From: Bacteroidia bacterium
Lineage (GTDB): Bacteria > Bacteroidota > Bacteroidia > SpSt-205
Direction of reading: 5' to 3'
DNA length: 64,000 bases
NCBI GenBank assembly: GCA_039630325.1
Contig: JBCNVG010000029.1
Coordinates: 17,094-81,093 of the forward strand
The translations under genes were made by a program, and so were the position numbers. This document shows, one piece after another, positions 19,522-28,562 of the stretch. The notes beneath the pieces were generated by a model. It saw nothing but the letters and a program-made list of their open reading frames with translations, made no database searches and was not told where the DNA came from. Every line of letters starts with the position of its first letter. The first letter of the stretch is position 1.

Positions 19522-20011
19522 GCGGCTCTTCATTGCCCTTGGCGATTAGGGCGACGGCGTAGGCTGCAATACCTTCTCGGCGTCCTAAGGCGCCCATGCC
19601 TTCCGGAGTAGTGGCTTTCACGCTGAGCTGGTCCGGGAAGAGGTTGAGCACTTCGGCTATGGCGTTTCGCATGCTTTGATAGTATGGACTGAGTCGCGGA
19701 GCCTCAGCAATAATTGTCGCATCAATATTGATGATAATCCATTGCTGAGCTGAGAGCATTCGTCCTACTTTTTGGAGAAGCAGACGGGAGTCTATGTTCT
19801 TATAAGCTGGATCAGAAGGCGGAAATAGCTGCCCAATATCTCCTAATCCAGCAGCTCCCAACAAGGCATCGCATATGGCGTGCAGGAGCACATCGGCGTC
19901 GGAGTGTCCCTCCAAACCTTTCTCATAGGGTATCGTAATGCCTCCTAATCGCAGGGGGCGTCCTTCGGTAAATTTGTGAGCGTCGTACCCTAACCCTATG
20001 CGCATCTTCAT
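19511..20011 (-). CDS. ispF: 2-C-methyl-D-erythritol 2,4-cyclodiphosphate synthase
   Basis: RIGLGYDAHKF…GHSDADVLLHAICDALLGAAGLGDIGQLFP is the canonical IspF signature. Confidence 0.9.
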   Translation of the reverse strand: MKMRIGLGYDAHKFTEGRPLRLGGITIPYEKGLEGHSDADVLLHAICDALLGAAGLGDIGQLFPPSDPAYKNIDSRLLLQKVGRMLSAQQWIIINIDATIIAEAPRLSPYYQSMRNAIAEVLNLFPDQLSVKATTPEGMGALGRREGIAAYAVALIAKGNEEPPNS

Positions 20012-21086
20012 ATGGCTTCAAATGTATGGGGTGGTATTTACGCAAGCCATACCTTCTCCTGTGGCCTACCTTCCGTCTGAAGCTATAGATAGGGGCTATA
20101 AAGTGATCAAAGAGCTCAGTCGAGGATGGATAGAAGGTCAGATTCCTTTTCTGAGCCCCTCTCCTTGGAAGCGTACTCAGGAAGTAGAAGTTTATGGGGA
20201 TTCTGTCGCTCTCTATTTAGAGGGTGTGGTGGGAAAGGTTTCAGTGTATCAGGAGCGTCGGCTTTTATGGCGAGGAGAGAGTCCGCAGATATGGGTTCCT
20301 TTGGTTGGTCGAGGAAAAGCCAAACTGACTATTGCAGGGGAAAAAGGTGGCATTATTGGAGGGGCATATTTAGTAGCCCGAGTCGACACACAAGTATGGC
20401 AGCGAGCAGCCTATCCTGAGATCGTGCCTTCGTGCAAGCAGCCTAATATCACCCTCTCGCTCGAAGAAGCGCTTCATGCCTCTGCCGTGTCGCAGGGAAG
20501 GCATCTCTGCGTGAGGTATCCATTTTTGCCTCCTGGACGGATTAGAGAAGTGCTCCTATATCATCAGCACTCACTAATGCTCTCCTCCTCCGAGTCCTCT
20601 GATATTGGATTTACGCCTTCTTTTTTTTCGGATGTCGTATTCGTCTTGATTTGGGTGATATTGGGCGGTATAGTTTCGGTTTTTCCTACGATCCGTACGG
20701 CTTTTTGGACAGGATGGCTTCGACCCTTTCCCACAGACCCTGTGGAAACTGGGGTAGGACTACTATGGTTGGGATCAGGTATGAGTTTCAGTCTGTGGAG
20801 AATCGGTCAAATATCTCTTCTATGGATACTCCTCCTATGCTTAGTAGCAGAACTCCTTATATTCGAATGGATAAATGAGAATGTAAACTGGATTTGGCAG
20901 AGTTGGCTTTTACCGACTGGCATACTCGCTATCGTAAGTCTTGTCTATCCTTCGTTTTGTATGTATGCTGCGCTTGGGCTGTGGGGCATAAGGAGCCTCA
21001 GGTTTATTCTCTATTCTCCAAAGTTTGCCTACCTTTGCCTTGCCGAAGTATTTATGTTTATCCTCCATATCCCATTGGACGCATGA
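19998..21086 (+). CDS. Hypothetical integral membrane protein, 362 aa (soluble N-terminal half, about 5 C-terminal TM helices)
   Basis: ORF with Trp-rich hydrophobic C-terminal half. Stop overlaps the next start (ATGA). Confidence 0.4.
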   Translation: MRIFIWLQMYGVVFTQAIPSPVAYLPSEAIDRGYKVIKELSRGWIEGQIPFLSPSPWKRTQEVEVYGDSVALYLEGVVGKVSVYQERRLLWRGESPQIWVPLVGRGKAKLTIAGEKGGIIGGAYLVARVDTQVWQRAAYPEIVPSCKQPNITLSLEEALHASAVSQGRHLCVRYPFLPPGRIREVLLYHQHSLMLSSSESSDIGFTPSFFSDVVFVLIWVILGGIVSVFPTIRTAFWTGWLRPFPTDPVETGVGLLWLGSGMSFSLWRIGQISLLWILLLCLVAELLIFEWINENVNWIWQSWLLPTGILAIVSLVYPSFCMYAALGLWGIRSLRFILYSPKFAYLCLAEVFMFILHIPLDA

Positions 21087-21859
21087 AGCGAGTTAAGAAT
21101 ATTCTCTTGCTATTTCCCCCTCCGCCACAAGATTCTCCATATTATGAGCTTGCACGCTCATGGAAGGTGGATATCTATTTCGCTAATCTTGTGGAAATCC
21201 AAGGGCTTCTACTAAGTGAGTTTAGAGAACAGGGGATTAGTCCATTGGATTACAATACCTACATATTTGCGGGCAAGCAGGCAATTGATCATTTTTTCCG
21301 GCTTATGCAAGAGATGCGGTTAGAGATTCCCCCTGACAGCCGTTTTTTATGTGTGGGAGAAGCTATAGCTCAACACCTTTTTCAATTCATCCCTGGGGCC
21401 ATGCGTCGTCGCACTTATGCCCAAGCTCAGACTCTGGCTGACCTAATCCCTTATATGCGGAAACATCCTCAGGCTAAGTACTTGTACGTCGGTGGGGGGG
21501 TGGCTCCTTTACAGTTTTTTGAGGAAGCGGCTCGCTACAATCTTTCTGTCGGGACGATTCGGGTGTACAATGTATCGTACGTTCCGCTACCCGATTCGCT
21601 AAAGCGAAAGCGATTTTCTGTGGTAGGCTTTCCTTCAGTGACTAGTGTCATAGCCTGGAAGCGATTATATCCGGATTACCGTCAGGAAGGCACTGATATA
21701 CTCGTATTTGGCCTGGATACCAAGCGAATGGCTGAATCCGAAGGGCTTCAGGTCACAGATTATGCGCCGAGGGAAGGGATTGGCTCTTTTTTAGGCTTAC
21801 TAACAGAATACCTTCGCAATCAAGCTACGCGTAGCAGAGGAGGGGTTTCCTCAGAATAA
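21083..21859 (+). CDS. Uroporphyrinogen-III synthase-like (HemD family), tentative. The ORF track begins at 20894; the likely start is the internal Met at 21083.
   Basis: Weak HemD-like pattern (…YIFAGKQAIDHFFRLM…). HemD is poorly conserved, so confidence is low. Confidence 0.35.
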   Translation: MKRVKNILLLFPPPPQDSPYYELARSWKVDIYFANLVEIQGLLLSEFREQGISPLDYNTYIFAGKQAIDHFFRLMQEMRLEIPPDSRFLCVGEAIAQHLFQFIPGAMRRRTYAQAQTLADLIPYMRKHPQAKYLYVGGGVAPLQFFEEAARYNLSVGTIRVYNVSYVPLPDSLKRKRFSVVGFPSVTSVIAWKRLYPDYRQEGTDILVFGLDTKRMAESEGLQVTDYAPREGIGSFLGLLTEYLRNQATRSRGGVSSE

Positions 21860-21870
21860 AAAAGTAACGC

Positions 21871-22836
21871 TTGCGATTTCGTAAAACTCCTTATGTTTGC
21901 ATCGTGCAGCTTCGGTGGCTACTCTACATTTTATTGGCTGGCTTAGTCTGGGCGCAGCAAGATCCACAGTTTACCCAGTACATGTATAATCGGTTTGGCC
22001 TGAATCCTGCTGCTGCCGGTTACGCTGGGGCCTGGCAGTTTGTGGGTTTGGGGCGGCTGCAGTGGATAGGGATTGACGGTCATCCTACCACTTTTGCAGT
22101 GAACGCCAACACACCTGTGACTTTTCTACGGGGCGGGGTAGGATTGCAGCTCATGGGTGATCAGATTGGCCCCTTCAGGACCACTGATATAAAGTTGGCT
22201 TATGCGTTTCGTTTGCCGATAGGCGCTAATGGAAGTGCTCTTCAGCTTGGTGTAGCAGGGGGGATTATGAGTAAATCTTTGGATGGGGCTTCTCTCCGTC
22301 CAGAGCAAATCCCTGATCCGACTTTATTCAATAGGGCTTCCAATCTCACGGTGCCTGATGTCGGGGCGGGGATATACTTCACCCTTCCCGAGGATAAGTT
22401 TTATGTGGGGGTATCTGCACTCCATCTTACAGAACCGCGATTACGAGATTTTACCTCTACTGGGCGTAGCAAAGTACCTAGGCATTTTTACGCTACGGCC
22501 GGTTATACCGCTCGCTTATCTGAGAATGTTCAGCTTATCCCTTCTGCCTTCTTCAAGCTTGCTCAATCTCAAATGATGGTAGAAGGAAACCTTTCTCTAC
22601 GGGTGCAGCCCGTGGTGATAGGGGCTTCTTACCGCCTGGGAGATGCGGTTTGTGCTCTATTAGGGCTGCAGGCTACAGAAGGTTTGTTTATAGGGTACTC
22701 TTATGATTATACCCTCTCTCGGTTAGGAGCGGTAACGACGGGTTCCCACGAGCTCGTGATTGTATACACGTTATCGCCTGCCTTTCGGCTTATACCTCCA
22801 GACCTCGGTGTAAGGGATAAAAAGGAATTCCGATAA
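21871..22836 (+). CDS. porP: PorP/SprF-family type IX secretion membrane protein
   Basis: AQQDPQFTQYMYNRFGLNPAAAGY is the diagnostic PorP/SprF N-terminal motif. The gene sits immediately upstream of gldK as in porPKLMN loci. Confidence 0.8.
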   Translation: MRFRKTPYVCIVQLRWLLYILLAGLVWAQQDPQFTQYMYNRFGLNPAAAGYAGAWQFVGLGRLQWIGIDGHPTTFAVNANTPVTFLRGGVGLQLMGDQIGPFRTTDIKLAYAFRLPIGANGSALQLGVAGGIMSKSLDGASLRPEQIPDPTLFNRASNLTVPDVGAGIYFTLPEDKFYVGVSALHLTEPRLRDFTSTGRSKVPRHFYATAGYTARLSENVQLIPSAFFKLAQSQMMVEGNLSLRVQPVVIGASYRLGDAVCALLGLQATEGLFIGYSYDYTLSRLGAVTTGSHELVIVYTLSPAFRLIPPDLGVRDKKEFR

Positions 22837-22854
22837 ACAAATTCACTTGCATTT

Positions 22855-23970
22855 ATGAAAACAGCCGTATATTTGCCCAAAACTAAAATGAAGGCCATGC
22901 AGATGGGCAGACTACTCTTACTCGGATTTACTTTGTTTGTACTCGCTGCATGTGGTGGCGGTCAAACAGGTGCCCGCGGTGAGCTCACGGGGGTGAAAAA
23001 TCGTCCGAAATGGGATAATCCCGTGCCTTACGGGATGGTGACAATACCTGCTGGTACATTTCACATGGGGAATAATGAGCAGGATGTCAACTATTCACAA
23101 AATGCACGGATTCGTCAGATTACGATGAGTTCTTTCCATATAGATGACACAGAGATTTCTAATAATGAGTATCGTCAGTTTCTGGACGAAGTGATAGCTG
23201 GCTCTGAGACGGCATATGCGGATAGTGTATTTGCCTTTATGGAGCGTTATTACAATAAAAAGATTGCAAATCAGGAAGAATACTTGAAGTTGGTGTATCC
23301 TGATACACAGGTATGGAATAGAGACTTTGGTAATTTTGTCTATAACGAGCCTCTGGTAGAGAATTATTATTGGCATCCTGCATTTGACGATTATCCAGTG
23401 GTAGGGGTCAACTGGTATGCGGCTCAGGCCTTCTGCTACTGGCGTACGCTCTTCTATAATGCATATCGAGCTTCTCGGGAGCTGCCTCCGATTCCGCGGA
23501 TGCGTTTGCCCACCGAAGCGGAATGGGAGTATGCTGCTCGGGGCGGGTATGAGCACAAGATATATCCGTGGCTCGGTCCTTATACAAGAAACTCCAAGGG
23601 TTGCCCTCTGGCGAATTTCAAGCCTGGTCGAGGAGATTATATCGCAGATGGATTTGAGTATACGGCGCCGGTAAAGTCTTACTTTCCTAATGACTACGGT
23701 CTATATCATACCGTGGGGAACGTGGCGGAATGGTGTGAGGATGATTTTGAGGAAACTGGCCCGATTGCGTACGCCCATGACATAAATCCTGTCTACCGTG
23801 ATCCTCGTAGGCAGAATAGGCGTAAAGTAGTACGGGGAGGTGGGTGGAATGATATCGCTTACTTCTTGTCGGTGGGGACCCGCGATTATGAATACGCGGA
23901 CACTACGAAGTCTCACATTGGTTTTCGATGTGCTTTGTCTGTGATTGGGCGGTCAGGTGCGATGAGATGA
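22855..23970 (+). CDS. gldK: Gliding motility / T9SS lipoprotein GldK (PorK), FGE-sulfatase fold
   Basis: Lipoprotein signal (LFVLAACGG). Formylglycine-generating-enzyme-like domain (…VVRGGGWND…). First gene of the K-L-M-N set. Confidence 0.85.
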   Translation: MKTAVYLPKTKMKAMQMGRLLLLGFTLFVLAACGGGQTGARGELTGVKNRPKWDNPVPYGMVTIPAGTFHMGNNEQDVNYSQNARIRQITMSSFHIDDTEISNNEYRQFLDEVIAGSETAYADSVFAFMERYYNKKIANQEEYLKLVYPDTQVWNRDFGNFVYNEPLVENYYWHPAFDDYPVVGVNWYAAQAFCYWRTLFYNAYRASRELPPIPRMRLPTEAEWEYAARGGYEHKIYPWLGPYTRNSKGCPLANFKPGRGDYIADGFEYTAPVKSYFPNDYGLYHTVGNVAEWCEDDFEETGPIAYAHDINPVYRDPRRQNRRKVVRGGGWNDIAYFLSVGTRDYEYADTTKSHIGFRCALSVIGRSGAMR

Positions 23971-24009
23971 TGAAAACTCTAAAAGTGGAACAAAATAACT
24001 TTTAATAGT

Positions 24010-24858
24010 ATGGCAGCAAAGAAGCAAGGTGCTTTTGATGCCCTTGTCCGCTCTAAGGGCTACAAGATTGCAATGAAGTACCTATATGCGTGGGGTGCTT
24101 CAGTGGTAATTATCGGGGCACTTTTCAAAATACTGCATCTCCCGGGCGCAAATGAAATGCTCATAGTGGGGCTTGGTACTGAGGCTGCAGTATTCTTTGT
24201 CTCGGGCTTAGAGCCTCTTCCAGAGGAAGAGCGGCATTGGGATTGGTCTCGCGTATTTCCGCAACTCAAAGAGGATACCGATGAGCCTATTGAGGCACCT
24301 CTGGGAGTGGGTGCTCCGGGTGGGCTAATGCCAGGATTGGCTCCGGGGATTAAGTCTTTGCAGGAGAGTAGCTTGACGCCTGACCTTCTTGAGCAGCTTG
24401 CCTCTTCTATTGAGGGATTGAGGGTGAGTGTAACCAATCTCACGGATATCACGGATGCTACTGTGGCGACAAACGAGTTTGCTGAAAAGGTGCGGGCCGC
24501 TTCTGCTAATGTTGAGCGTCTTTCCCAGAGTTATGCTGTCACGGCGGATGCTATGTCCAAAATAGCAACTTCTTTCGGAGACATACAAAACTATCAAGCT
24601 CAGATTAAGACGCTCTCCCACACTATTTCTCAACTTAATTCAGTCTATGAAAGTGAGCTTCAGGAGATGCAAAAGCATACGGCTGCGATTAGTCGCTTCT
24701 ATGGAAGCCTGGGCAAGGTTCTTTCCAGCATAGAGTCTACTACCGGAGATGCTGAGCAGCTCCATCGAGAGCTGGTAAGCTTGAATAATAACCTGCGTGC
24801 GCTGAACGCTGTATATGGTGGAATGCTCTCGGGCATATCCTCTGCCTTCCAACGGTAA
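24010..24858 (+). CDS. gldL: Gliding motility / T9SS protein GldL (PorL)
   Basis: Two N-terminal TM helices (YKIAMKYLYAWGASVVIIGALFKILHLPGANEMLIVGLGTEAAVFF) then a cytoplasmic coiled-coil domain. Position between gldK and gldM. Confidence 0.8.
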   Translation: MAAKKQGAFDALVRSKGYKIAMKYLYAWGASVVIIGALFKILHLPGANEMLIVGLGTEAAVFFVSGLEPLPEEERHWDWSRVFPQLKEDTDEPIEAPLGVGAPGGLMPGLAPGIKSLQESSLTPDLLEQLASSIEGLRVSVTNLTDITDATVATNEFAEKVRAASANVERLSQSYAVTADAMSKIATSFGDIQNYQAQIKTLSHTISQLNSVYESELQEMQKHTAAISRFYGSLGKVLSSIESTTGDAEQLHRELVSLNNNLRALNAVYGGMLSGISSAFQR

Positions 24859-24864
24859 TAGATT

Positions 24865-26574
24865 ATGGCATCTGGCAAGCTGACGCCCCGTCAGAAGATG
24901 ATTAACCTCATGTACCTCGTTCTCACAGCGCTTTTGGCGCTCAATGTGAGTGCTGAGGTACTCCAAGCTTTTCAGAATCTGGCGGACTCCCTTCAGAATA
25001 CAGCCGAGCAGTTTCAGAAAAATAACTTTGACTTAGGCGAGGCTATTAAAGCTGCCGTCAAAAAAGAAATGGAGCAAGGTAGTCGCAAAAATGAGCTCCT
25101 TATAGCCGAAGTAGATAGAGTGCGCAGTAAATCAGACAGCGTTGTAGGCGTCATACGTACCTACATAGAGGCTCTCTTTGATGAAAAAATCGCAGGAAAG
25201 GATCCTGAAACTGGACGCCTACGACGTCTAGATGAGCGGGAAAATAACTACCGCTTCTGGATGGGAAAAAATGATGCTGCTAATGGTGGGCGTGGCGAAG
25301 GTAAGGCACTAGAGATGCATCGCCTTCTTGATTCTTTTGTGGACTGGGCTAATAGGTTCTATGCTTATCACTCTAATGGGCGACTTCCCAATGGGGGTAA
25401 GGGTTTCTCTCGGTTAGTGATTGATCCGCGTGATAATCCTTATGTCAAAGAAAAAGAATCAAAAGAGAAAACATGGGAGTATTTTACCTTCCACATGACT
25501 CCTGCTGTGGCCAACCTTGCTGTTCTTTATAAGTACATCAACGATGTCTATGTGATAGAGGCAGAGCTTCTTGATCTTCTCAAATCCAAGCTTGGTCAGG
25601 TTACCTTCAAAATTGACTCTCTCGTGCTAGTGGATGCGCCTCGCTCTGAAATAGTTGTTGCGGGTATGAAGTTTGAGACTAAGGCATTTGTGGCTGCTAC
25701 TTCCTCCGATGCTAAGCCTACTTTTTCAGGAACGGGATCGATGAAGTTGGAACCAGGAGGGTATTCTGCTATATTCACGATACCGGCCTCTGCTGCGGTC
25801 ATTCCTGCTGGTCAGAGGAAAGGTAAGCAGAATTATACCATCACAGCTCGTGTTCCCAAAGCAGATGGTAGCTTCCAGGAGCTTCGTCTGCAAAAGAGCT
25901 TTGAGGTTGTGAAGCCTGAGATAGTCGTTACTTCTGCGGCCGTTCAGCTCCTATATGCTGAATGTGGTAATGACCTTAACATAGATGTGCCTGCGCTGGG
26001 TGAGCTTTATGATCCCCGTGTGACCGCCGATAATGCGCAGGTAATTCAGTCTAAACAGAGTAAGAAAAAGTTCCGGGTGGTTCCTCGTGGTGGTGCCAAG
26101 ACTTGTCGTCTAAATGTATCTACTAACACCGCTGGTCAGCTGGTGGAGTTGGGATACCTTGACTATAAGGTTGTTCCGCCTCCTCGCCCTTCTCTCCGTG
26201 TATTGGTCAATAATGAGCCCTATAATGGGGTTTCCCCTGTGCCGAGGACGGCTACGGTTCGGGTCCAGGTCCTTCCTGATGGAGACTTTGCTAAATCTCT
26301 CCCTGAGGATGCGAGGTATCTGATTGAAAAGCCTGAAATCAAGGTGGTTAAAGGTTTGGCTGGCGCATCCGTTATAGGTACGCTGCCGAATAGTAAGATT
26401 GCTACAAACCCATCGGTCGCTGTGGACCTTACTGACTATGCCAGAGGTTTGCAACCAGGCAATGTTCTCTACATTCAGTTTAGTGATATTTATAGAGTCA
26501 ACTTTCAGAATAAGCAAGTCAAGGAGAACTTCTCTATTACGGAACTTACTTTCCCCATAACTATTGGAAAATAA
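24865..26574 (+). CDS. gldM: Gliding motility / T9SS protein GldM (PorM)
   Basis: KLTPRQKMINLMYLVLTALLALNVSAEVL matches the GldM N-terminal signature. 569 aa. Confidence 0.9.
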   Translation: MASGKLTPRQKMINLMYLVLTALLALNVSAEVLQAFQNLADSLQNTAEQFQKNNFDLGEAIKAAVKKEMEQGSRKNELLIAEVDRVRSKSDSVVGVIRTYIEALFDEKIAGKDPETGRLRRLDERENNYRFWMGKNDAANGGRGEGKALEMHRLLDSFVDWANRFYAYHSNGRLPNGGKGFSRLVIDPRDNPYVKEKESKEKTWEYFTFHMTPAVANLAVLYKYINDVYVIEAELLDLLKSKLGQVTFKIDSLVLVDAPRSEIVVAGMKFETKAFVAATSSDAKPTFSGTGSMKLEPGGYSAIFTIPASAAVIPAGQRKGKQNYTITARVPKADGSFQELRLQKSFEVVKPEIVVTSAAVQLLYAECGNDLNIDVPALGELYDPRVTADNAQVIQSKQSKKKFRVVPRGGAKTCRLNVSTNTAGQLVELGYLDYKVVPPPRPSLRVLVNNEPYNGVSPVPRTATVRVQVLPDGDFAKSLPEDARYLIEKPEIKVVKGLAGASVIGTLPNSKIATNPSVAVDLTDYARGLQPGNVLYIQFSDIYRVNFQNKQVKENFSITELTFPITIGK

Positions 26575-27469
26575 CCTTATGTCTATGCTTCGTATAGTCA
26601 CTAATCTCAGCCTGTTGCTCGTCTGTGTGACGGGCATCCTGTATGCGCAGTTTCCGCCTCGAGTAGAGGATCACTTCTGGCGGAAGAAAGTCGTGCTTAC
26701 TATAGACCTGCGAGAAAAGCTAAATATGCCAATCGAGCGGGGCCAAGAAGGTTATCGCCTATATACCAACTACAGTACGGATCCTATCACCGATAAGTCT
26801 CCCTATTCTAACCGAGAAGGAGCAATAGTTGCTCTACTCAAAGGCTTCAAGGATGGGAAGTTTGTAGGCTATAGCCCGAAGAACCTCAGTCAACAGGTGT
26901 CATTTGAGGATTTTGATGCCCGCTCTCGGCGGATCGAAGCTGGTGAGCAAGTTCCCACTGAGGAGGGGGTGGGGGGTGAAGATGAGTTTGGGGGAGATGA
27001 GTTTGGGGGAGATGAGTTCGGGGGAGCGGATGAGTTGGGCGGTGGGATAGATGCAGCCCCTGCTTCTGAGGGTGCCGTTACCCCTTCTGCTGAAAAAGGG
27101 TTCCCTTATCTGAAATACTATCGTACTAAGATTCGTGTGATAGAGGATCGTATTTTTGATAAAAACCGCTCCGACATGTACTATGACATACAGTACATTT
27201 GCTTAGTGCAGGTTGATCCTAAGGGTGCGCTCGCTGATGAGGATGCTGTATGCTTCCGATATAAGGATGTGATGGATGTTATGGACGATACACAGTGGCG
27301 AAATCGTGCCAATGACGCGGAGGATCGTTCTATGCGCGAGATTATAGAATTGCGCCGTTTTTATGGTTATGTCACAGTCGTTTCTGGTGAGGAGTCTAGG
27401 ACGTTGGATGAAGCAGAGCTGCGTCGTCAGCAAATGATAGAGTTTGAGCACCACCTTTGGACTTTCTGA
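26564..27469 (+). CDS. gldN: Gliding motility / T9SS protein GldN (PorN), with an inserted acidic Gly-rich repeat
   Basis: Size and position after gldM (11-nt overlap). Signal peptide. Contains a (GDEFG)n insert at aa 130-160 or so. Confidence 0.7.
   Translation: MENNLMSMLRIVTNLSLLLVCVTGILYAQFPPRVEDHFWRKKVVLTIDLREKLNMPIERGQEGYRLYTNYSTDPITDKSPYSNREGAIVALLKGFKDGKFVGYSPKNLSQQVSFEDFDARSRRIEAGEQVPTEEGVGGEDEFGGDEFGGDEFGGADELGGGIDAAPASEGAVTPSAEKGFPYLKYYRTKIRVIEDRIFDKNRSDMYYDIQYICLVQVDPKGALADEDAVCFRYKDVMDVMDDTQWRNRANDAEDRSMREIIELRRFYGYVTVVSGEESRTLDEAELRRQQMIEFEHHLWTF
26981..27040 (+). repeat. In-frame 15-bp tandem repeat (gatgagtttggggga, 3 copies plus a degenerate fourth) encoding (DEFGG)n inside gldN
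   Basis: Direct reading: 26981-26995 and 26996-27010 are identical. 27011-27025 has 1 mismatch. 27026-27040 is degenerate. Confidence 0.85.
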
Positions 27470-27496
27470 AAATCCTTTTCATAAGTAAGTTGCCGT

Positions 27497-27529
27497 CACC
27501 TCGTGCAATATCGCACGAGGTGGCTTTTT
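27497..27529 (+). terminator. Rho-independent terminator after gldN
   Basis: 10-bp perfect stem cacctcgtgc/gcacgaggtg with 6-nt loop aatatc, followed by gcTTTTTc. Confidence 0.55.
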
Positions 27530-27544
27530 CTTTACATTTGCCTC

Positions 27545-28558
27545 GTGTCCGTAGTTTTCTGGCTTACATTAGGTGGGCTATTGCTGGTTTTCTTCACCTT
27601 GGCGGCCTATGCCACTCTGGCGGAGAGGAAAATATCTGCCTGGATTCAGGATAGAGTAGGGCCAAATAGGGTCGGTCCTTGGGGGCTTTTACAGCCTCTG
27701 GCGGATGTTATCAAGCTTGTTTTGAAAGAGACATTTCAGCCCTCCGCTTCATATACACTCCTTCAGGTCGCCGCTCCTGTATTGATGGTCACGTTAGCGA
27801 TGGGAGCTTTAGCCATACTTCCCCTTTCGCCTCATTTGCAAATATTCAGCGGAAGCGTGGGTATTCTTTATCTTTTGGGGGTTTTGTCCATGAGCGTCTA
27901 TGGATTATCTATGGCAGGATGGGCTACTGGTAGCAAGTATTCTCTCTTAGGGGGCTTGCGCAGCGGCGCGCAAGTTGTCTCATATGAGCTGTCTCTCGGA
28001 AGTGCTCTGCTAAGTGTCCTTCTTTTGACAGGCTTCCTTCTCCCTGATCAGAATCCTCTGCTGCCTCGTTCAATTGTAGAGGCGCAAAGACATGGCTGGT
28101 TCGTTCTGCTCAATCCTATCGGTTTCACTGTATATGTTATTGCAGCTTTTGCTGAGACCAATCGCGCTCCTTTTGACCTTGTAGAAGCGGAACAGGAGCT
28201 TGTAGGAGGGTATCATACCGAATACTCTGCTATCCGATTTGGTGCTTTTTTTGTCGCAGAGTATATGAATATGATTACGGCGTCTGCCCTTATATCTACT
28301 TTCTTTTTTGGGGGCTATCTTAGTCCTTTTGATGCTTTGATAGGAGTCCAAAGCTGGCAACCGTTGTGGCAGAATGTTTGGGGCATTAGTTGGCTCTTTA
28401 TCAAGACTGTCTTTTGGGTGTTTGTATTTATCTGGGTTCGTTGGACACTTCCGCGTTTCCGGTACGATCAGCTCATGCGGATAGGGTGGAAAGTGCTGCT
28501 TCCGCTGGGCGTGCTCAATATAGTTGCTTTGGCAGGAATATTGTTATTAATACGATAA
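27545..28558 (+). CDS. nuoH: NADH-quinone oxidoreductase subunit H (ORF track begins 27503; a GTG at 27545 downstream of the terminator is the more plausible start)
   Basis: LAERKISAWIQDRVGPNRVGPWGLLQPLADVIKLVLKE matches the NuoH/ND1 signature. 8 TM helices. No other nuo genes adjacent. Confidence 0.8.
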   Translation: MSVVFWLTLGGLLLVFFTLAAYATLAERKISAWIQDRVGPNRVGPWGLLQPLADVIKLVLKETFQPSASYTLLQVAAPVLMVTLAMGALAILPLSPHLQIFSGSVGILYLLGVLSMSVYGLSMAGWATGSKYSLLGGLRSGAQVVSYELSLGSALLSVLLLTGFLLPDQNPLLPRSIVEAQRHGWFVLLNPIGFTVYVIAAFAETNRAPFDLVEAEQELVGGYHTEYSAIRFGAFFVAEYMNMITASALISTFFFGGYLSPFDALIGVQSWQPLWQNVWGISWLFIKTVFWVFVFIWVRWTLPRFRYDQLMRIGWKVLLPLGVLNIVALAGILLLIR

Positions 28559-28562
28559 GGTT

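Noticed and set aside
27503-27544. Upstream GTG start of nuoH given in the ORF track
   Set aside because: Codons 1-14 overlap a hairpin plus T-run terminator. NuoH conservation begins just after the GTG at 27545, so the shorter gene model is preferred.
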